A stretch of DNA of 64,000 nucleotides from Phoronis australis. Its lineage: Eukaryota; Animalia; Phoronida. The notes under the pieces are model-generated. The model did no database searches and was not told where the DNA came from. It saw only the letters and a program-made list of their open reading frames with translations. The DNA lies in the NCBI GenBank assembly GCA_002633005.1, contig NMRA01000343.1:124001-188000 (forward strand), written 5' to 3'. The translations under genes were made by a program, and so were the position numbers. Position 1 is the first letter of the stretch, and the number at the start of each line of letters is the position of its first letter. Of the stretch, positions 51,092 through 64,000 are shown piece after piece.

Positions 51092-53525
51092 CTAGAAGGA
51101 TTATTGTCACGGCGTGACAATAATGGACTCTGCGCGTGCGTATGACTGGAATTGCTATGGGAAGTTAATGACAGTAGCTTTAAAAATGAAGAAGTAGTAC
51201 CATTTTGAAAATTACATGACCTTTGCATCAAATGACCTCTTCCGGTGCATTATGGAATATGATTATATAATGAATCAAAATTTATGTACTGCCTAAAATC
51301 ATATGTTAAATTTGAAGAACATACCTGCAACCATTTTGGAGTTATTAAGTGTCAAAGTTGGTCGGAAGAAGATAAGAATAAGAAGTACTAGAACGCAATT
51401 GCGTATACGCACTTACAACTCTGCGCGTGGTATATGCATGTGCATAGTGAAGTATAGGGGCATTACAGTGCACTGAAGTTGCATCTTTTGTGTGAAAGAG
51501 AGAGATGTCCCTGGTAACTTTGAAAGAGCAAGAGTAAAGAGTTAGAATATTAACGGAAAACTGCACCTAATGACCACACAGTTGCACCTAATGTCCCCAA
51601 AGTTTGTGACTGAATTTTCTTTACGAATTAAAACTATATACGTGATTATGTAAGGTCTAGCTCAAAAATCACTTTTGCCCTTAATGACCTTTGACCCGGA
51701 AACTCGGTTCCCTTGATCCGATTTAAATTCCACATAAATTTCGGATGCACTTCTCTAGTGCCTGCTTGTTATCAAAATCGGGAGAGTCTATCTAAAAACC
51801 TGTCGAAGAAGAAGCAATTTGACAGAATGCACTCCTTGACCCATTTCGGGTCAATCTGGTGCATTTTGAGTTAAATCCATGTGATCAATAGAATTTGATC
51901 GGCAATTGGTTGAACCACCATGAATTTGAACGCTCTCCCTAATGCATCATTCAGGTACAAGCTGATTGAAAAAATCTTAAATTTAACAGAAAACTGCACT
52001 TAATAACCCCAAAGTTGCACCTAATGACCCCAAAGTTTGTGACTGAACTTCCTTTATGAATGGTAATTATATGCACGATTATGAAAGGTCTAGCTCAAAA
52101 ATCACATTTGCACTTAATGACCTTTGACCCGGAAACTCAGTTCCCTTCATCTGATTGGAATTCCAAGTAAATTTCGGATGCAGATCTCTAGTGTCTACTT
52201 GTTACCAAAATTCGAAGAGTCTATCTAAAAACCTGTAGAAGAAGCATTTTGTAAAAATGCACTCCTTGACCCGTTTCGGGTCAATCGGGTGCATTTTGGG
52301 TCAAACCATTATAATCAGAAAAAACCCAATGATGAACCTATAAACCACAGTGAATATGAATGTTGTTAGCGAATCGAATTAAAAGCACTAACAATCTGAA
52401 AAGGAAGGAAGAAGAATAAGAACTAGAACTGGACTCTGCGCGTGCGTATTACTGGAATTGTTATGGGACGATACTGACAGCAACCCCTTTACCAATATGA
52501 AAATTAATTCTTTAAAATTGTAGGAGAAATTACATGTTAATATTTTGATGACCTTTCCACTAATTGACCTCTTCCGGTGCATTATGAGCTCCGATGAGAG
52601 AATAATTGTAAACTCGATTAAAAGTGTGGTTAATGCTAAAAATGACATGTTTTACTTTAAGTATACAAGATAAAGGAATTGGTCAAACTTTCAGAAGAAA
52701 AATGCACCTAATGACCCCATTAGTGCACCAAATGACCTGAAAATTTAGAAATCAAACTCAATCACATTTACTAAACAGATAGGTGATTGAAGTCTCTAGC
52801 TCAAAATCTTAGTTTGCACTCAGTGACCTTCGACCTATTTTTTCTGATTGGTTAAGCCTATTGGGTAGTAAAGTAGGTTGTTCAATTGGCATGTTGACTT
52901 ACACCAGTGTGTTGAAATTGAAAAGAATTCCTTGAAAAATGTAGGAGATATAACATTTTGAACGTTAGGTGAACTTTGCACTAATTAACCCTTTACGGTA
53001 CATTATAATCGTCTTTAGGAGAATTATTGCAAAGCCCGTGAAAAGTGTGTTTAATGCTGAGAATCACAGTTGACTAACGGTTGACACATCAGAATATTTG
53101 GTGAATGAAAAGAACAAATTTTCAGAAGAAAAATGAACCTAATGACCCCATGGTTGCACTAAATGACCTGAAACTGTATTTCGAATTGAATTAGACGTAC
53201 CAGTCAGACTTGTGAATTTGACGTGTCTAGCTCAAAATTTTAGTTTGCACCTAATGACCTTTGACCTGTTTTATCTGATTGGATAATTCGATTACTTAGA
53301 AAAGTAATTTTTTAAATTGTCATGTTGACTTATACCTGTGCACCGAATTTGAAAAAGATAGCTTAAAAACTGAAGGAGTAGCGTTTTGAAAATTATATGA
53401 CCTTTGCACCAAACGACCTCTTCCGGTGCAATATGGAATATGATTATATAACGAATCAAAACTTATGTACAGTCAAAGATCACATGCTGAATTTAAAGAA
53501 CGTACCTGTACCCAATTTGGAGTTA
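51092..53525 (-). mobile_element. Non-autonomous Helitron/Helentron-like element with internal tandem duplications
   Basis: On the minus strand a perfect hairpin ATTATTGTCAC-GCC-GTGACAATAAT is followed by CCTT-CTAG and a T run (Helitron-type 3' end). Internal repeats of a few hundred bp rich in AATGACC(TTTGACC), with GAAGAATAA microsatellites. Confidence 0.55.
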
Positions 53526-53529
53526 TTAA

Positions 53530-54613
53530 AGGCAACTTTTTTTTTATGTCATTTTCAGCAAAAATAGGGTTCGTTGATTATCCCAGACACATTTTTCACT
53601 TATTTACAGCTTTTAGTAATTTAATTAATTACCCGTCGTCAACTCCGGACGTGACGTTTTGGGAGGCAAGAATTTCGCGCCAATTTCTTTTCATACAGTC
53701 TGACTGTGAGAGCAGTCGAGTCAGTCATTGTTCTACCTCGGTTGTGATAAGTTTGGTCGTCGTTTGCTTTTGTTTACGAGTCAGTCAATGCCACGCTGAT
53801 GCTGCCTACCTAGAAGTACTCATTATCGTCTCACGTACAGAGGAAGAACTGTCCCACTTGCCCGAGTGTCCCGCGACACACTCCCAGTGGATGGTGACTT
53901 GAGCACCCAAACTGCTTACATCCCGCCGTGCGACTCTCTCGTCCCACACGTGGCACCTTCTAAATAGCTCCAATACAAGTCCACAATAAACTTATCAAAC
54001 TTAGGCTCACCGATCTGTTCATTGGATGACGAACTGTCCTTTTCACTGGGCGCCAAACTGGGCCTGTATTCACTCCCACTACTCAACATCGCTGCAGGGC
54101 TGCTTACAGGCACTGGGCTAGAGACAACAGCACACGGGGAATCACTGCTAGTTCCTGGAATTGCACGCTATGGGGTACGTTCGGAGGCATGGGTGACAGT
54201 CGATGAAGTGCCTCCAGTCACTGTTTATAGTGGCCACAGCTCGCAAGGCTTCTCGCTTCAAAAACGCACTTCTTGGGGGTGGCGACGGGGCACTGCCGGC
54301 AATCAACAGCGACATTATGGAACCCTTCTTCAGGCGTTGTTTCGCTGGGACCTTCAACAATTCAGCGTATATATCTCTGTCGTAATCTGACGGCTGAAAA
54401 TGCTTGCCACTGCTTTGTACGTTGCATGAACGGGTAGCGCTGCGTTCTTCACACGAACGAGCTAGCCAAGTACGGCGAAGTGTGTCATCCTTCGGAAAGC
54501 GATGCAAGGTACCCACAGTCTGACTGTATGAAAAGAAATTGGCGCGAAATTCTTGCCTCCTAAAACGTCACTTCCGGAGTAGAGGACGAAAAATTAATTA
54601 AATTACGAAAAGC
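53530..54613 (-). mobile_element. Internally deleted Kolobok transposon with THAP-domain and transposase relic
   Basis: Begins TTAA|AGG. Inverted repeat of ~100 bp (53609-53709 vs 54514-54613). Minus strand encodes LHRFPKDDTLRRTWL...KHFQPSDY...RLKKGSI (THAP), then frameshifted KFIVD/LELFRRCH...GAQVTIHWECVAGHSGKWDS, typical of Kolobok transposase. Confidence 0.75.
54148..54516 (-). pseudogene. Degenerate THAP zinc-finger domain (transposase N-terminus)
   Basis: HRFPKD, W, xxHF and RLKKG motifs present. N-terminal CxxxxC absent, CSxHF cysteine lost, no ATG. Confidence 0.75.
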
Positions 54614-54619
54614 GGGTAA

Positions 54620-56070
54620 ATCGTTTTTTTTTTACTTCCTCGAGAGTCCGAAATGCTTAGGAAGTGGCTCATGGTAGTGAAGAATGAAAGGTACGCTATA
54701 AATAGCAAGTATGAGACCGTGAAACATCTCCGTGTCTGTGGCCTGCAGACGTCGACAGTGCCTGACAAATGCCGGCTTACCAAATAACTGCATAGGTTCC
54801 GTTGTCTGAGCTTGTTCACGGCGCCTCTCTAGTATTTCTTCATCACTGTATTCCTGTTCGAATTGATAGCCTGTAAAACTTAACGATCCACCTGCGAAGT
54901 CGGGACTGATGAGCTCTAGCTCGTCCTAAGTCGGGATTGCGAGTTGCCACGTTGGCGTTTATTACTGAGCGTTCTGTTTCAAAATGAATTATTCTCACCC
55001 TAACCAATAAAACTGAAACAAAGTCTGTCTCATTAGATGCAATTTGTAATGCCTTTGGAGTGTTCGTGAGTGCAAATGATTTGAGAAGCCAGCAATGAAT
55101 AAATCACTGCGTTACCGGCTTTAGGTGCAATAAATTGACGGGACACCGAGGCCTTGGGAGCTCATGCTAATTTAGTGTTTGCGGGCAGAAACTGTTGCGA
55201 AACAACTCGATTTCCATCCCACGGCCAGGTGTTAGGGGAATCTTTATTTACATTTACATTACTCAAATAATGATTGTCAATGTACAACTTCTGCCCTGAC
55301 GGTGCTGTGGCCAAAGCGGAACCCGAGTGAATTTGCGGCCCCCGACGAGTAAGTAGATTTGCAGTTTCGTGGCTAATTCACCAACATAATCGCGTGCACA
55401 TTACTTCGGCTCAATAGTATAGTATGTTCTTGACTGGAAGTTTAGCTTCCACTGAACTTTGGCTGGTTTATGTTCGTGATGTCTGATCAGTTCCCGAGCC
55501 ACTGGCCGGGATAACGAGTCAATCCGGCCGGCCGCGACGGACCTGATCGGGCTCCGAGCCACTGGCCAGGATAACAAGCGTTTTGTGTTTATAACTCAAA
55601 AAATCACAAGTTTAAACAACACAGATCTAGGTTCTCCTGTCTGTATCTCAAGGAAAATACTTCGAAATTATCTCCGAACAGACCCCAAACTCCTGCTACG
55701 GACCTTATCATATGTTGGCCTGCCGAACTTTGTAGGCTACAGTGTGTCCAAATACCAATAAATCCGTAAGAGCGAAATGAAACAACACGTTTTTATAAGA
55801 ACTCGGTGTATTTTTAAGGGTTTTACATCGAATTTTGATGATTTATTAGTGTTAAACGATGACTTCAAGCGATAAGCTGAGTACCAGCAACCCGTGTTGT
55901 GAACTGCTGAACAGACTGCGTGTGAAACCGATGACGTCATTGGATAATTTCAACACCTCCGTCTGCAGTCAGGTACGTGTCAGGTAACGAAACCGTACGT
56001 GTTGTTATGGAGTAGAACTACTCGTTCTAAATTGATACAAATTAGGTTGTTTTTTAGGTGGCATGCTCCT
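54620..56070. mobile_element. Probable second Kolobok-like element end
   Basis: Ends ...GGTGGCATGCTCCT|TTAA exactly where similarity to 49839 begins; contains subterminal direct repeats (55483-55575). Left boundary uncertain. Confidence 0.45.
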
Positions 56071-56675
56071 TTAATGTGCGGTGGTCGATCAGCTCGTAAA
56101 CACCGGGTGACATCCAGCTTTCGAAATACACGCTGGTAAGTGGCCAGTGGATTTACGGCAGAGTCAATCACATTTAAAAGTAACTGGCCCGGTGGGCCAG
56201 TGACTTTCAAATATAGCTAAGCCCTATGTGGACGTGGTCTCGCATTCAACTGATTTAAAAACTTCTTTTGACGAATTTTGTTAGCCTCTGACCTTTTAAC
56301 GCCAAGGAGAACTTTGTGGGCAATAAATCCTCACCTAGAGTTAATTGCAAAACACATAGGGTTCTCTAACACATGTCCACTTAGTGTATATGGACAAAAA
56401 CCCAGCTAAGATATTAAAAGCAGGGCCAGCAACTTCGAAGCTGGGCCAGAAACTTTTCAGACTAATTGACCCGGTTGGCCAACACATCAGTGTTAGCTGA
56501 AGTTCCAACACAGGTAATATCACAGATAGCGGGAGGACCTCTAAACTGATTTATACTTTATGTGGTCTGAGATGGCCAGATTTAAACTTCAGCGTGCCTT
56601 GATAATGTTTTACTGATTTGATTATTTATTTGATCATTTTCAATCTTCTATTTCACATTACGGTTGCTTAGTCGT
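56071..56675 (+). repeat. ~600-bp direct duplicate of 49839-50447
   Basis: Colinear similarity starting at TTAA in both copies. Confidence 0.85.
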
Positions 56676-56704
56676 TATTGTGCAGCAGGACCTGAAACGT
56701 GTGC

Positions 56705-57370
56705 ATGTGAAATTAGCAAATTTTCAGTTGTTTTGGATGGCACAAATAATGTATTTGTGCTTTGTGTGCATTGTCATGATAAGGAATATCTTCCAATGCC
56801 ACAACCATGACTGTGAAGATCTCCTCCCTGCCCATGCTCTTTAGGGGTGTAACACGATGGCATGCTACTATGGAGTTGGAAAGGGATCCGTTGTTAAAAT
56901 ATTGAAGGCCGGACTTGACCTGTTTGTCATTGGCACTATTAATGCGCATCTTTCTGATGTCATAAAACAGGCCACTAAATGTATGTGCGCCTGTTATGGA
57001 ATGAAGAGAATCAGGAAGATGTCATGAACCAGACTACTGGTATGGGGAAGAGAAATGGCAAGGGATATACTTCTCCCTACAAACTGTGTCACTGACAACA
57101 GAGAGATTCACAGCGAATAAACTGAGCCCATTACCAGTCAGTCACGTGGTGGAATGTCACCAGCACTAGATCCAGAGGACCATGAATTATGGAAGAAAGA
57201 TGCCATAAACAAATCGCTCTCACCACCTACAATTCTGGATGGTGTCCAACTCGCCCCTATTGCATACTGGAGATGATTAGGTGTGACTGCAAAGGTCATA
57301 TTCTATGTTATTCAAGTAGTTGCAGCGTCAATTGTCTCTCCTGCACAATATTTTGAGTGTGTTACACAGT
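56705..57370 (+). pseudogene. Decayed Academ-type transposase C-terminal fragment (XPG-like H3TH region plus Cys-rich finger)
   Basis: Translates with stops and frameshifts as DLLPAHAL*GCNTMACYYGVGKGSVVKIL...CACYG and ILEMIRCDCKGHILC...CS...CLSCTIF*VC. Matches the HAxxGCDxxxxxxGxGK motif and terminal Cys cluster of Academ proteins. Confidence 0.7.
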
Positions 57371-58353
57371 AGTGTACTCACCACCTAAATGTTGTATTAG
57401 GTTGTTGTCCTGGGTTCATGCAATTAAACAATTTGGTCATCATCTAGATCAACCCTGGTTATCAGATAAAAGAAAAAACTTTATCTGGCAAATCCAAGTT
57501 CAGCCTCCTGACAAGGCCCTTTCATACTACCGGTAAGTTAATTCCGGTATGAGCAGAGCGTCGATGTAAACTACAAAGTTAATTGAATCGTTCATACCAG
57601 CTTTCAGCATTCCAAATACACACTAGCCCAGTGGCCAATTTGAGAACATTTACCTGTGTTAATTGACATAAAACCTAATTCTAATTCTAATTCTGGTTAT
57701 TATTCGAGCAAAATATAAGCAATTATTTGCAATGACACTGGCCTTTAAATGTTTACAATAGCAGTGGACCCTGGCGATAACTTCAATGAGACTGAAGTTG
57801 GCTATTCATACCACACCACAGCGACACTCTGCTGTTAAACCCACCTGTTTACAGACACTGTTGACTTCTATCCAGGACTGAAATTTATCATTTATACTGA
57901 CCACAACTCCCCAAAACATCCATGCGTCACAGTTAGTGCACAAGGAGTTAGTCGAATCTGTCAGAAAATTCACTCCTGCCATCCCATCCAAGATCAAAGC
58001 CTGTCTGAAAAGTTTCATGAACATCCATGGAGGGGTTTTGGAGATACTGCAGTAGATGCCAAACGGACAAACTGATGTGATGGCATAATGCGCCCACAAA
58101 TACATGTGGGCGCACAAGAAAATTTATAAGTAAAATTCATAGTCACCTGACATAATAAAACCACTGAGCTGCTAAAAGAAAGATTTATGTGCTATCAAAA
58201 TAATTTCACATAATTTAAGCAAAGGCGAATCTAAGCGATGAGATACTTGGCAGCCCAGGCATTCAGAGAATCCTTGATCAACACAACATGTAGTCTTCTT
58301 TGTGGTGAAAAATGTTCATGGGGGTTGCAGAATCTTCAAAGGGGAGTTTATAT

Positions 58354-58560
58354 TTACGACTTGTCACCTTCACTTTTCTCAGCATCCACAAGAGGGCTCT
58401 GCTGCCCATCCACACTCTCCCCTTGTTGAACAGCTGCAGCCTGGACACTACTCTGCTGTCCTGGTAACATAGCTGTCAATCGTACACCAGGAGGCGGTGT
58501 TATGATTCGCGCATACACTGGACCAGCTTTGCTCTTACCAGGACTTGTTTTACCTCGGAT
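58354..58560 (-). CDS. Terminal exon of an unidentified gene with low-complexity C-terminus (IRGKTSPGKSKAGPVYARIITPPPG...EGDKS*)
   Basis: TTTCAG acceptor, phase 0, 69 codons to TAA, in phase with the upstream exon. Confidence 0.8.
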   Translation of the reverse strand: MRGKTSPGKSKAGPVYARIITPPPGVRLTAMLPGQQSSVQAAAVQQGESVDGQQSPLVDAEKSEGDKS

Positions 58561-59817
58561 CTGAAATTAAAAAGTTTGTCATACAAGAGCAACGCGTAGC
58601 ATTGAAACATGCCCATGACAACACTGTAAACGGAGTGCTTCTGTGGGTATTTTTAGTATCACAAAAATGGCTATTAGATGGCGCAGAATGCGTCAAACCC
58701 GTCCAAATTGAGAAAGTGGCGCTATCTCTGTGATACAAACTATTTCCCAAATTTCATGAAAATAAGCCAAGGAACTCCTAAGATTTAGAGACAAACCTAA
58801 AAAACAATTGACACTAGAAAATAAAGGTACAGTCTGATTGGTCTGAAACTCATCGTCATCTGCTGCATGTCTATAGGAGCACATGTGCCAAATTTTGCAA
58901 AAAGCTTTCAGCCTCAGACGCAAAAAAGCAAAACTTTCCCTAGGGGGAGCCAGAATAGTCCAAAACATCCGAAAATCAACGTCAGCGAGGGTCTTTAAAT
59001 CAGGAATACAACTGCTAATTTTCATAAGGATCCTTTGAGTGGTTTGGCAGAAAGAGAGGCAGAAGTCAAAAGCAGAAAATAACGCAAAATTTTTTGAATA
59101 GGCACCAGGTGGCGCAAAAAAATCCAATCTGTCCAAAAATGGGAAGGCCTTATCGTCTCTTTAACAGAAACCTATTTGCTGAATTTCATGAAATATGTTA
59201 ATGAACTACGATGATACAGAGGTAACTGTAACATATTGCTACTAGCAAACTCTTCCTCATCTGTTGTCAACCGGAGCACATCTATCAAATTTCAATAAGG
59301 TCCTGCAAGGGGTTTTGAAGATACAACTGCGGATGCCCAGACAGAGATGACAACAGTATGCACTCACATATAAATATGTGGGCCCATAAAAAACACTGTA
59401 AGGCCACCTTCAAGGTTAGACGTTGAATAGGTTTTTCTAAAATTATCTTGAAGTGTTACAGGAACTCATGGCTGCAATTACTGACATCCAAGATATCATG
59501 GAAAACTTGCATGTAATGATAACGTGAAACTTTCTTGCGCTTTACGCCATAACCAGGGATTGGGAGATCACATGCAAGTAAATTGAAGCACCCTAAAATT
59601 GAATGGCTGGCCAACCTATCAGTCTGCAGAAAATTTTGATACATTAATACTGATATGGCTAAGTAACCCGGAAGCTCATAATTTGAATTTTTGACATAAA
59701 TTTTGAGGTAAACGTCTTTTTAAATCTTCAACCACGAATAGTCTGGAACGAGATGACATCGCCCATTCTGATTTTAAGAGAGCCAGTTACTTCACTTCAA
59801 TAGAACATGCTAAATAC

Positions 59818-59933
59818 CTGTTTGGCTGCGTCTCCTGGTATCGCCACAGGTTGACCAGTCTGTGACCACACCAGTGTTGCTCCAGGCTGACCAAGCACAG
59901 TCTTCACCACCTGGATATCACCCGGGGATTTAC
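59818..59933 (-). CDS. Internal exon of the same gene (GKSPGDIQVVKTVLGQPGATLVWSQTGQPVAIPGDAAKQ)
   Basis: CAG| and CAG|GTATT, 116 nt, phase 1-0, fits both neighbours. Confidence 0.78.
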
Positions 59934-62419
59934 CTGTGCAATTGACAAATCAGCAATGACTACACTTTTCCCTGTTCAGCTCGATAAAAAAGAAAATTGA
60001 ATAGGTCTTTTACTCTCATAGAATTGGCTTTCTAATATTTCCTACTGTGATAGGATTCCATATTCATGACCACTCTAGTCATATGGAGCGCGTACAATGC
60101 GTCATTTTTTTTAATTCGCAATACTAGGGTCGGCCTACCCCAATAAACTCTGAAGTGCTTTCTTGAGTTGCTGCTTGTTTTGATGTACTTGTTGGTAATG
60201 GCAATAGAGTCGATTGTATGAGAACAAAAGGTCTCATTCAATTTTTGTATTTAACCAGCTTTAAATGTTTTTAAACAATAACATTGTAACACCATCCCTA
60301 AGTCACCTGTGCAGTTGAGCAAACATGCATAATTGGCAATTGACCATTTTGCAGGATGTGAAAATTGATCCATGCACATTGCAAAGCATACATTTTTTGG
60401 ATATGATTCACTCAATCCATAATCTGAATCCACAAAATTTGCTCGACATTTCACTCGAGTAATTTTCTAATTTCACACAATGTGACTGGTCAATTTTCTG
60501 ATTGAATGATTTCCGACAATCCTTTGCACATATGACATCTCGCAAAAAGTCAATGAGATTGGCTGCAGAGAGCAAAAAACAATCATATGAAGCTTTGTAA
60601 AATGACACCAGAATACAACAACCTGAAAAAGAAAATACAAATCAGTTCAATATCAAGATTAGGTTATGTCAGCTGATCAGGTAGGGTCAACATGAGAAAT
60701 CTAAACTACTGAATAAAAAGTAAATCAAAATGCACCGACTGTTTGCTGTGTTACAGTTAACTTTCCCCCAATATGCGTCAGAATTCAAGAGTGCATAGTA
60801 GCCGTGTGCCTACATATTGCTATGAAGTTCTGAACCACTTGTCTCATGCCAGCTTGGTCACACCATACACAAAGGGAGTTGAACATCACCATGCCCAGAC
60901 TGAAAACCATACACTTGAAAATTTAAAGTGGAAACGAGATGTCCAGTATCTATCACTAGCCGTCCTCAACATTCATCTTATTCAACTGACCTTTGTCTTC
61001 ACTAACTGTGCTTCCCTCTGGTGGTTTGTTCACTACAATCTGCCCTGCTGAAGGCTGTGACGACAGAGTGACAATCTTCTGACCGACACCTATTAAGAAG
61101 ATGCATCAAGTTTTAATGACCACCCATTAAGATAAGTTTTGAACTGTAGAAAATAACCTCAACCTAGGAAAAAAGTAAACATTTTGACTGGTCAGTAAAT
61201 ATAGTGGTGCAGGTCATAAATATTTTGTAAAACAGGTGATGTTCCAACATCAGACGCATGATCCACTCCCCTGGTCAACTGGGTTTCCTTGTGGTCCTCA
61301 AGACATTTGGGCACGACCTATCGCAAGCTCCGCCCCCTTGCACAATGTCGACTAACAAACAATAAGTTGTACCCAGCAACGTGTTGTTTGTCGGGTAAAA
61401 TGGCGGCTTGGAAACGAAGGTGAATCAATAATGAGGCGTTCTGAATGGTCAGTTAAGCCGTCACTCAAAATCCTGGCGATAGGTCAATTGCCACAAGGTC
61501 AACATTGACGACTTGTAACTTCAAGCTTTCAAAAACACAGAATTGTCAACGGTGAGAAGACAGACATTACGCAATGTGAGAAAAAAACTTGCTGCTAGTG
61601 TCATTTTGTAACATTTATTATTATCAAAACATGCGAGGAATTTATTTGTAATAAATAATCTGAAGCCTACGAGACATTTCATCCACCATTATCAACAGCA
61701 TAACAGGCTTCTGTTGGTAAAATACGCTAGAGGGTATTTTTGGACTTTTCAATTCTTAACTCGCCTCTTGTGCCCTTCATAGTTGGCATTCCCTCTCCAA
61801 CTTTCTTCACATGCAATACACCAACGACGAGCAGCGGCTCATTACGAATGTGTGAACATTTTAATACATTTTATCAGCACAATGGTCTCTTTATGGTTTC
61901 ACTTTACTACAACCTCCGCTGTATTCTCATACATAGCATCATCATCATTGGTTCATCACCTACACAATCCATGGTGTGGATTACTGAGGGGAAAGCAACC
62001 GTTTTTGATGTTACGTTTAGCAAAAATACAGAATGATCTCTTACAAACATATTTTCCATGTTAAGTAATGTTACCTGGGTGTGTATTTACCATCCATGGA
62101 ACAACAGAATACGGCGTTAACGGCCTGACAAAGGTCTCAAATCCTGGCTCTGTGTGCACTTCCATAGAGGAAGCATAATGTCCTACTCCCTACTGAGTGC
62201 AGGTTATTTGTGATTTCTCAATGGAAAACAATGCAAAACCAAGATGTGGATCCCTAGCTGGGGCGCTTACGTCAATGTCTACTGTTCAATGGATATTACG
62301 CATGTCAACGTAAGGGAGCAATAATTACCATGAAAAATGTCTCTACAAGATAATCAGGGATCTACATCAAAAACGTTGCTTTCCCCTTTAATGGACACTG
62401 TCTGATAAACAAAGCTTAC

Positions 62420-62515
62420 CTTGAGTGGTTTGGCTGCCAGCGGTTACAGGAGTAAGAATGACACCAGAAGTCCTCGCTTGTGTGGTGTGAATAACTTGGC
62501 TCACCACAGTTGCTC
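62420..62515 (-). CDS. Internal exon of the same gene (GATVVSQVIHTTQARTSGVILTPVTAGSQTTQ)
   Basis: TTTTTGCAG| and AAG|GTAAG, 96 nt, phase 1-1. Confidence 0.8.
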
Positions 62516-63335
62516 CTGCAAAAATGCAACAGAAGTACTTGACTAAATGGGACACAGAACTTGCTTTGCAGAGACACGTTCACTGCTGATGCACTGACGC
62601 ACGTGGGTAGCAAAAGTAATGAATTATTTCAGGCACTCATTTTTCAAATAGCCCCAGTATTACATTTTTCTTTACACTGAATGTGTGGGGCACCCCCACA
62701 AAAGTCAGATATCAACAACTAAACAAGATTTACATTATGCCACTCTTAGCTATCACTACGACGAACAACTAACTTCAGTTGGAACCGTAGACAAATCGAT
62801 GTTGCAATCATTGTGTTTGTCTAAATAAGCAAGTTATTCGCCAGTGAAAAAAATAGGAAACTAAAAGCAGACCCTTCAAACTCTAATAATCAGGGAAGGA
62901 AGTCAGAGTGGTTGAAAATGACCTGATGACAAATTGGCTAATGTGCGTCCTACATCACATACACACAGTTATTCGTCACTTATGTCACACAAAAATAATT
63001 GTCAAAATGATAATTTTTCAAATTTTCAAAAGCTGATTTATGGAAACTTTATCAAATGTTGACTAATGACATCTATAGAATACAAGTCAAGGTAACAATA
63101 GGCTTAGATGTTTTTATTAAACAATTATTATTTTTGTTGAGAAATTTGACAAAGTGAATTTTCCCTCGTCCGCCATAGTGTGGGCTAAATGGATCAAGAA
63201 TTACACCAAACCAATAACAGTTAATTCATCTTGAATTCATCTGAAATTCTGCTTGCGCTCAGTTGTCACGGCGAGGAATTCCACGTAAATTTTTCCCATT
63301 ATTTTAGGCATCTCTCTTTTGCATCCAACTGCTAC

Positions 63336-63367
63336 CTGAACACGATGCCACCTGGTGGTGCTGCTGT

Positions 63368-63399
<32 letters not shown>

Positions 63400-63549
63400 C
63401 TGGCTGGACCTGAGCTGAGCTAACAGAGTCGCAGCTGTGGGGCCCTTGGTGACCACGTGGGGCTTTCCACTGGTCATCACCTGCTGACCGATGATCTGGG
63501 TCGGCTTGCCTCCGATCAGAGCGGTTAGTTGCGTAGGCTTGGAGGCAAT
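63336..63549 (-). CDS. Internal exon with poly-glutamine tract (IASKPTQLTALIGGKP...QLRSSQn HHQVASCS); gene continues beyond the window
   Basis: TTTCTTGCTGCAG acceptor, CAG|GTAGC donor in phase 1 matching the next exon, CAG/CAA repeat. Composition is typical of transcription or chromatin regulators, but identity not recognised. Confidence 0.78.
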
Positions 63550-64000
63550 CTGCAGCAAGAAATAGAAAACATGGTGTGGTCAACAGCCACCAAACTGTGG
63601 TAACAGTCACACATGGTCATTCACAATATTAATGACAACCCTCATAAAACTTTTTCCATTCAAAGGAACATTTCCTTGACAAAGTAAGTCAACACAAATT
63701 ATTTAAACACCATTTCTCGCATTTAGTTGCCAAAAAATGGAAATGAATGAATTAATCCAATTAAGGTTCCAAAACTCCTTCTGTTTTTCCACCCCAAAGT
63801 GCACTTCCATTAAGTATTCAACAGTGACAGCTAAACAGCATCCAAATTCCACTGCAAGGTATTGAACAGCTTAAAATATGTCTCATTTCGAACCATAATA
63901 TCCATCTCCAAACAAATCATCCACGACATTGGCAAATAAACAAGATTCAAGACGCTATCGACTTTGGCAGGGTTGCACAAACTTTCAAAACTTTAGCTGT

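Noticed and set aside
54900-54935. CTGATGA followed by a small stem as a hammerhead ribozyme
   Set aside because: No GAAA after stem II and no stem I or III pairing.
63231-63610. Poly-alanine ORFs on both strands
   Set aside because: Alternative frames of the CAG repeat; only the polyQ frame fits the splice phases.

Overview
AT-rich, intron-containing eukaryotic DNA from a draft assembly, probably a marine invertebrate (inferred from gene structure and repeat families). Most ORFs in the supplied track are spurious or are single exons. Supported genes: (1) the 5' part of an unidentified minus-strand gene (exon 9219-9596, possible next exon 1136-1243); (2) a complete two-exon OHCU decarboxylase (URAD, 178 aa, C-terminal peroxisomal signal AKL); (3,4) two tandem five-coding-exon SLC16/MCT monocarboxylate-transporter paralogues (563 and 558 aa); (5) the last four exons of a minus-strand gene encoding a Q/T/V/P-rich low-complexity C-terminus. 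The rest is mostly mobile DNA: non-autonomous TIR elements with 5-bp TSDs (one family carries a tRNA-like Pol III promoter), Kolobok elements (TTAA; THAP/transposase relic), an Academ-like transposase relic, a Helitron/Helentron-like array, foldback MITEs, and Penelope-like fragments carrying a candidate minimal hammerhead ribozyme, two copies of which form a 94-bp inverted repeat. The sequence also appears to record a ~21-kb tandem duplication from which the second URAD copy was deleted. Two exact short duplications flanking single Ns are probably assembly artefacts. I found no convincing wholly new biological system; the strongest leads are the ribozyme element, the Pol III-carrying MITE and the duplication history. 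All alignments were made by eye.
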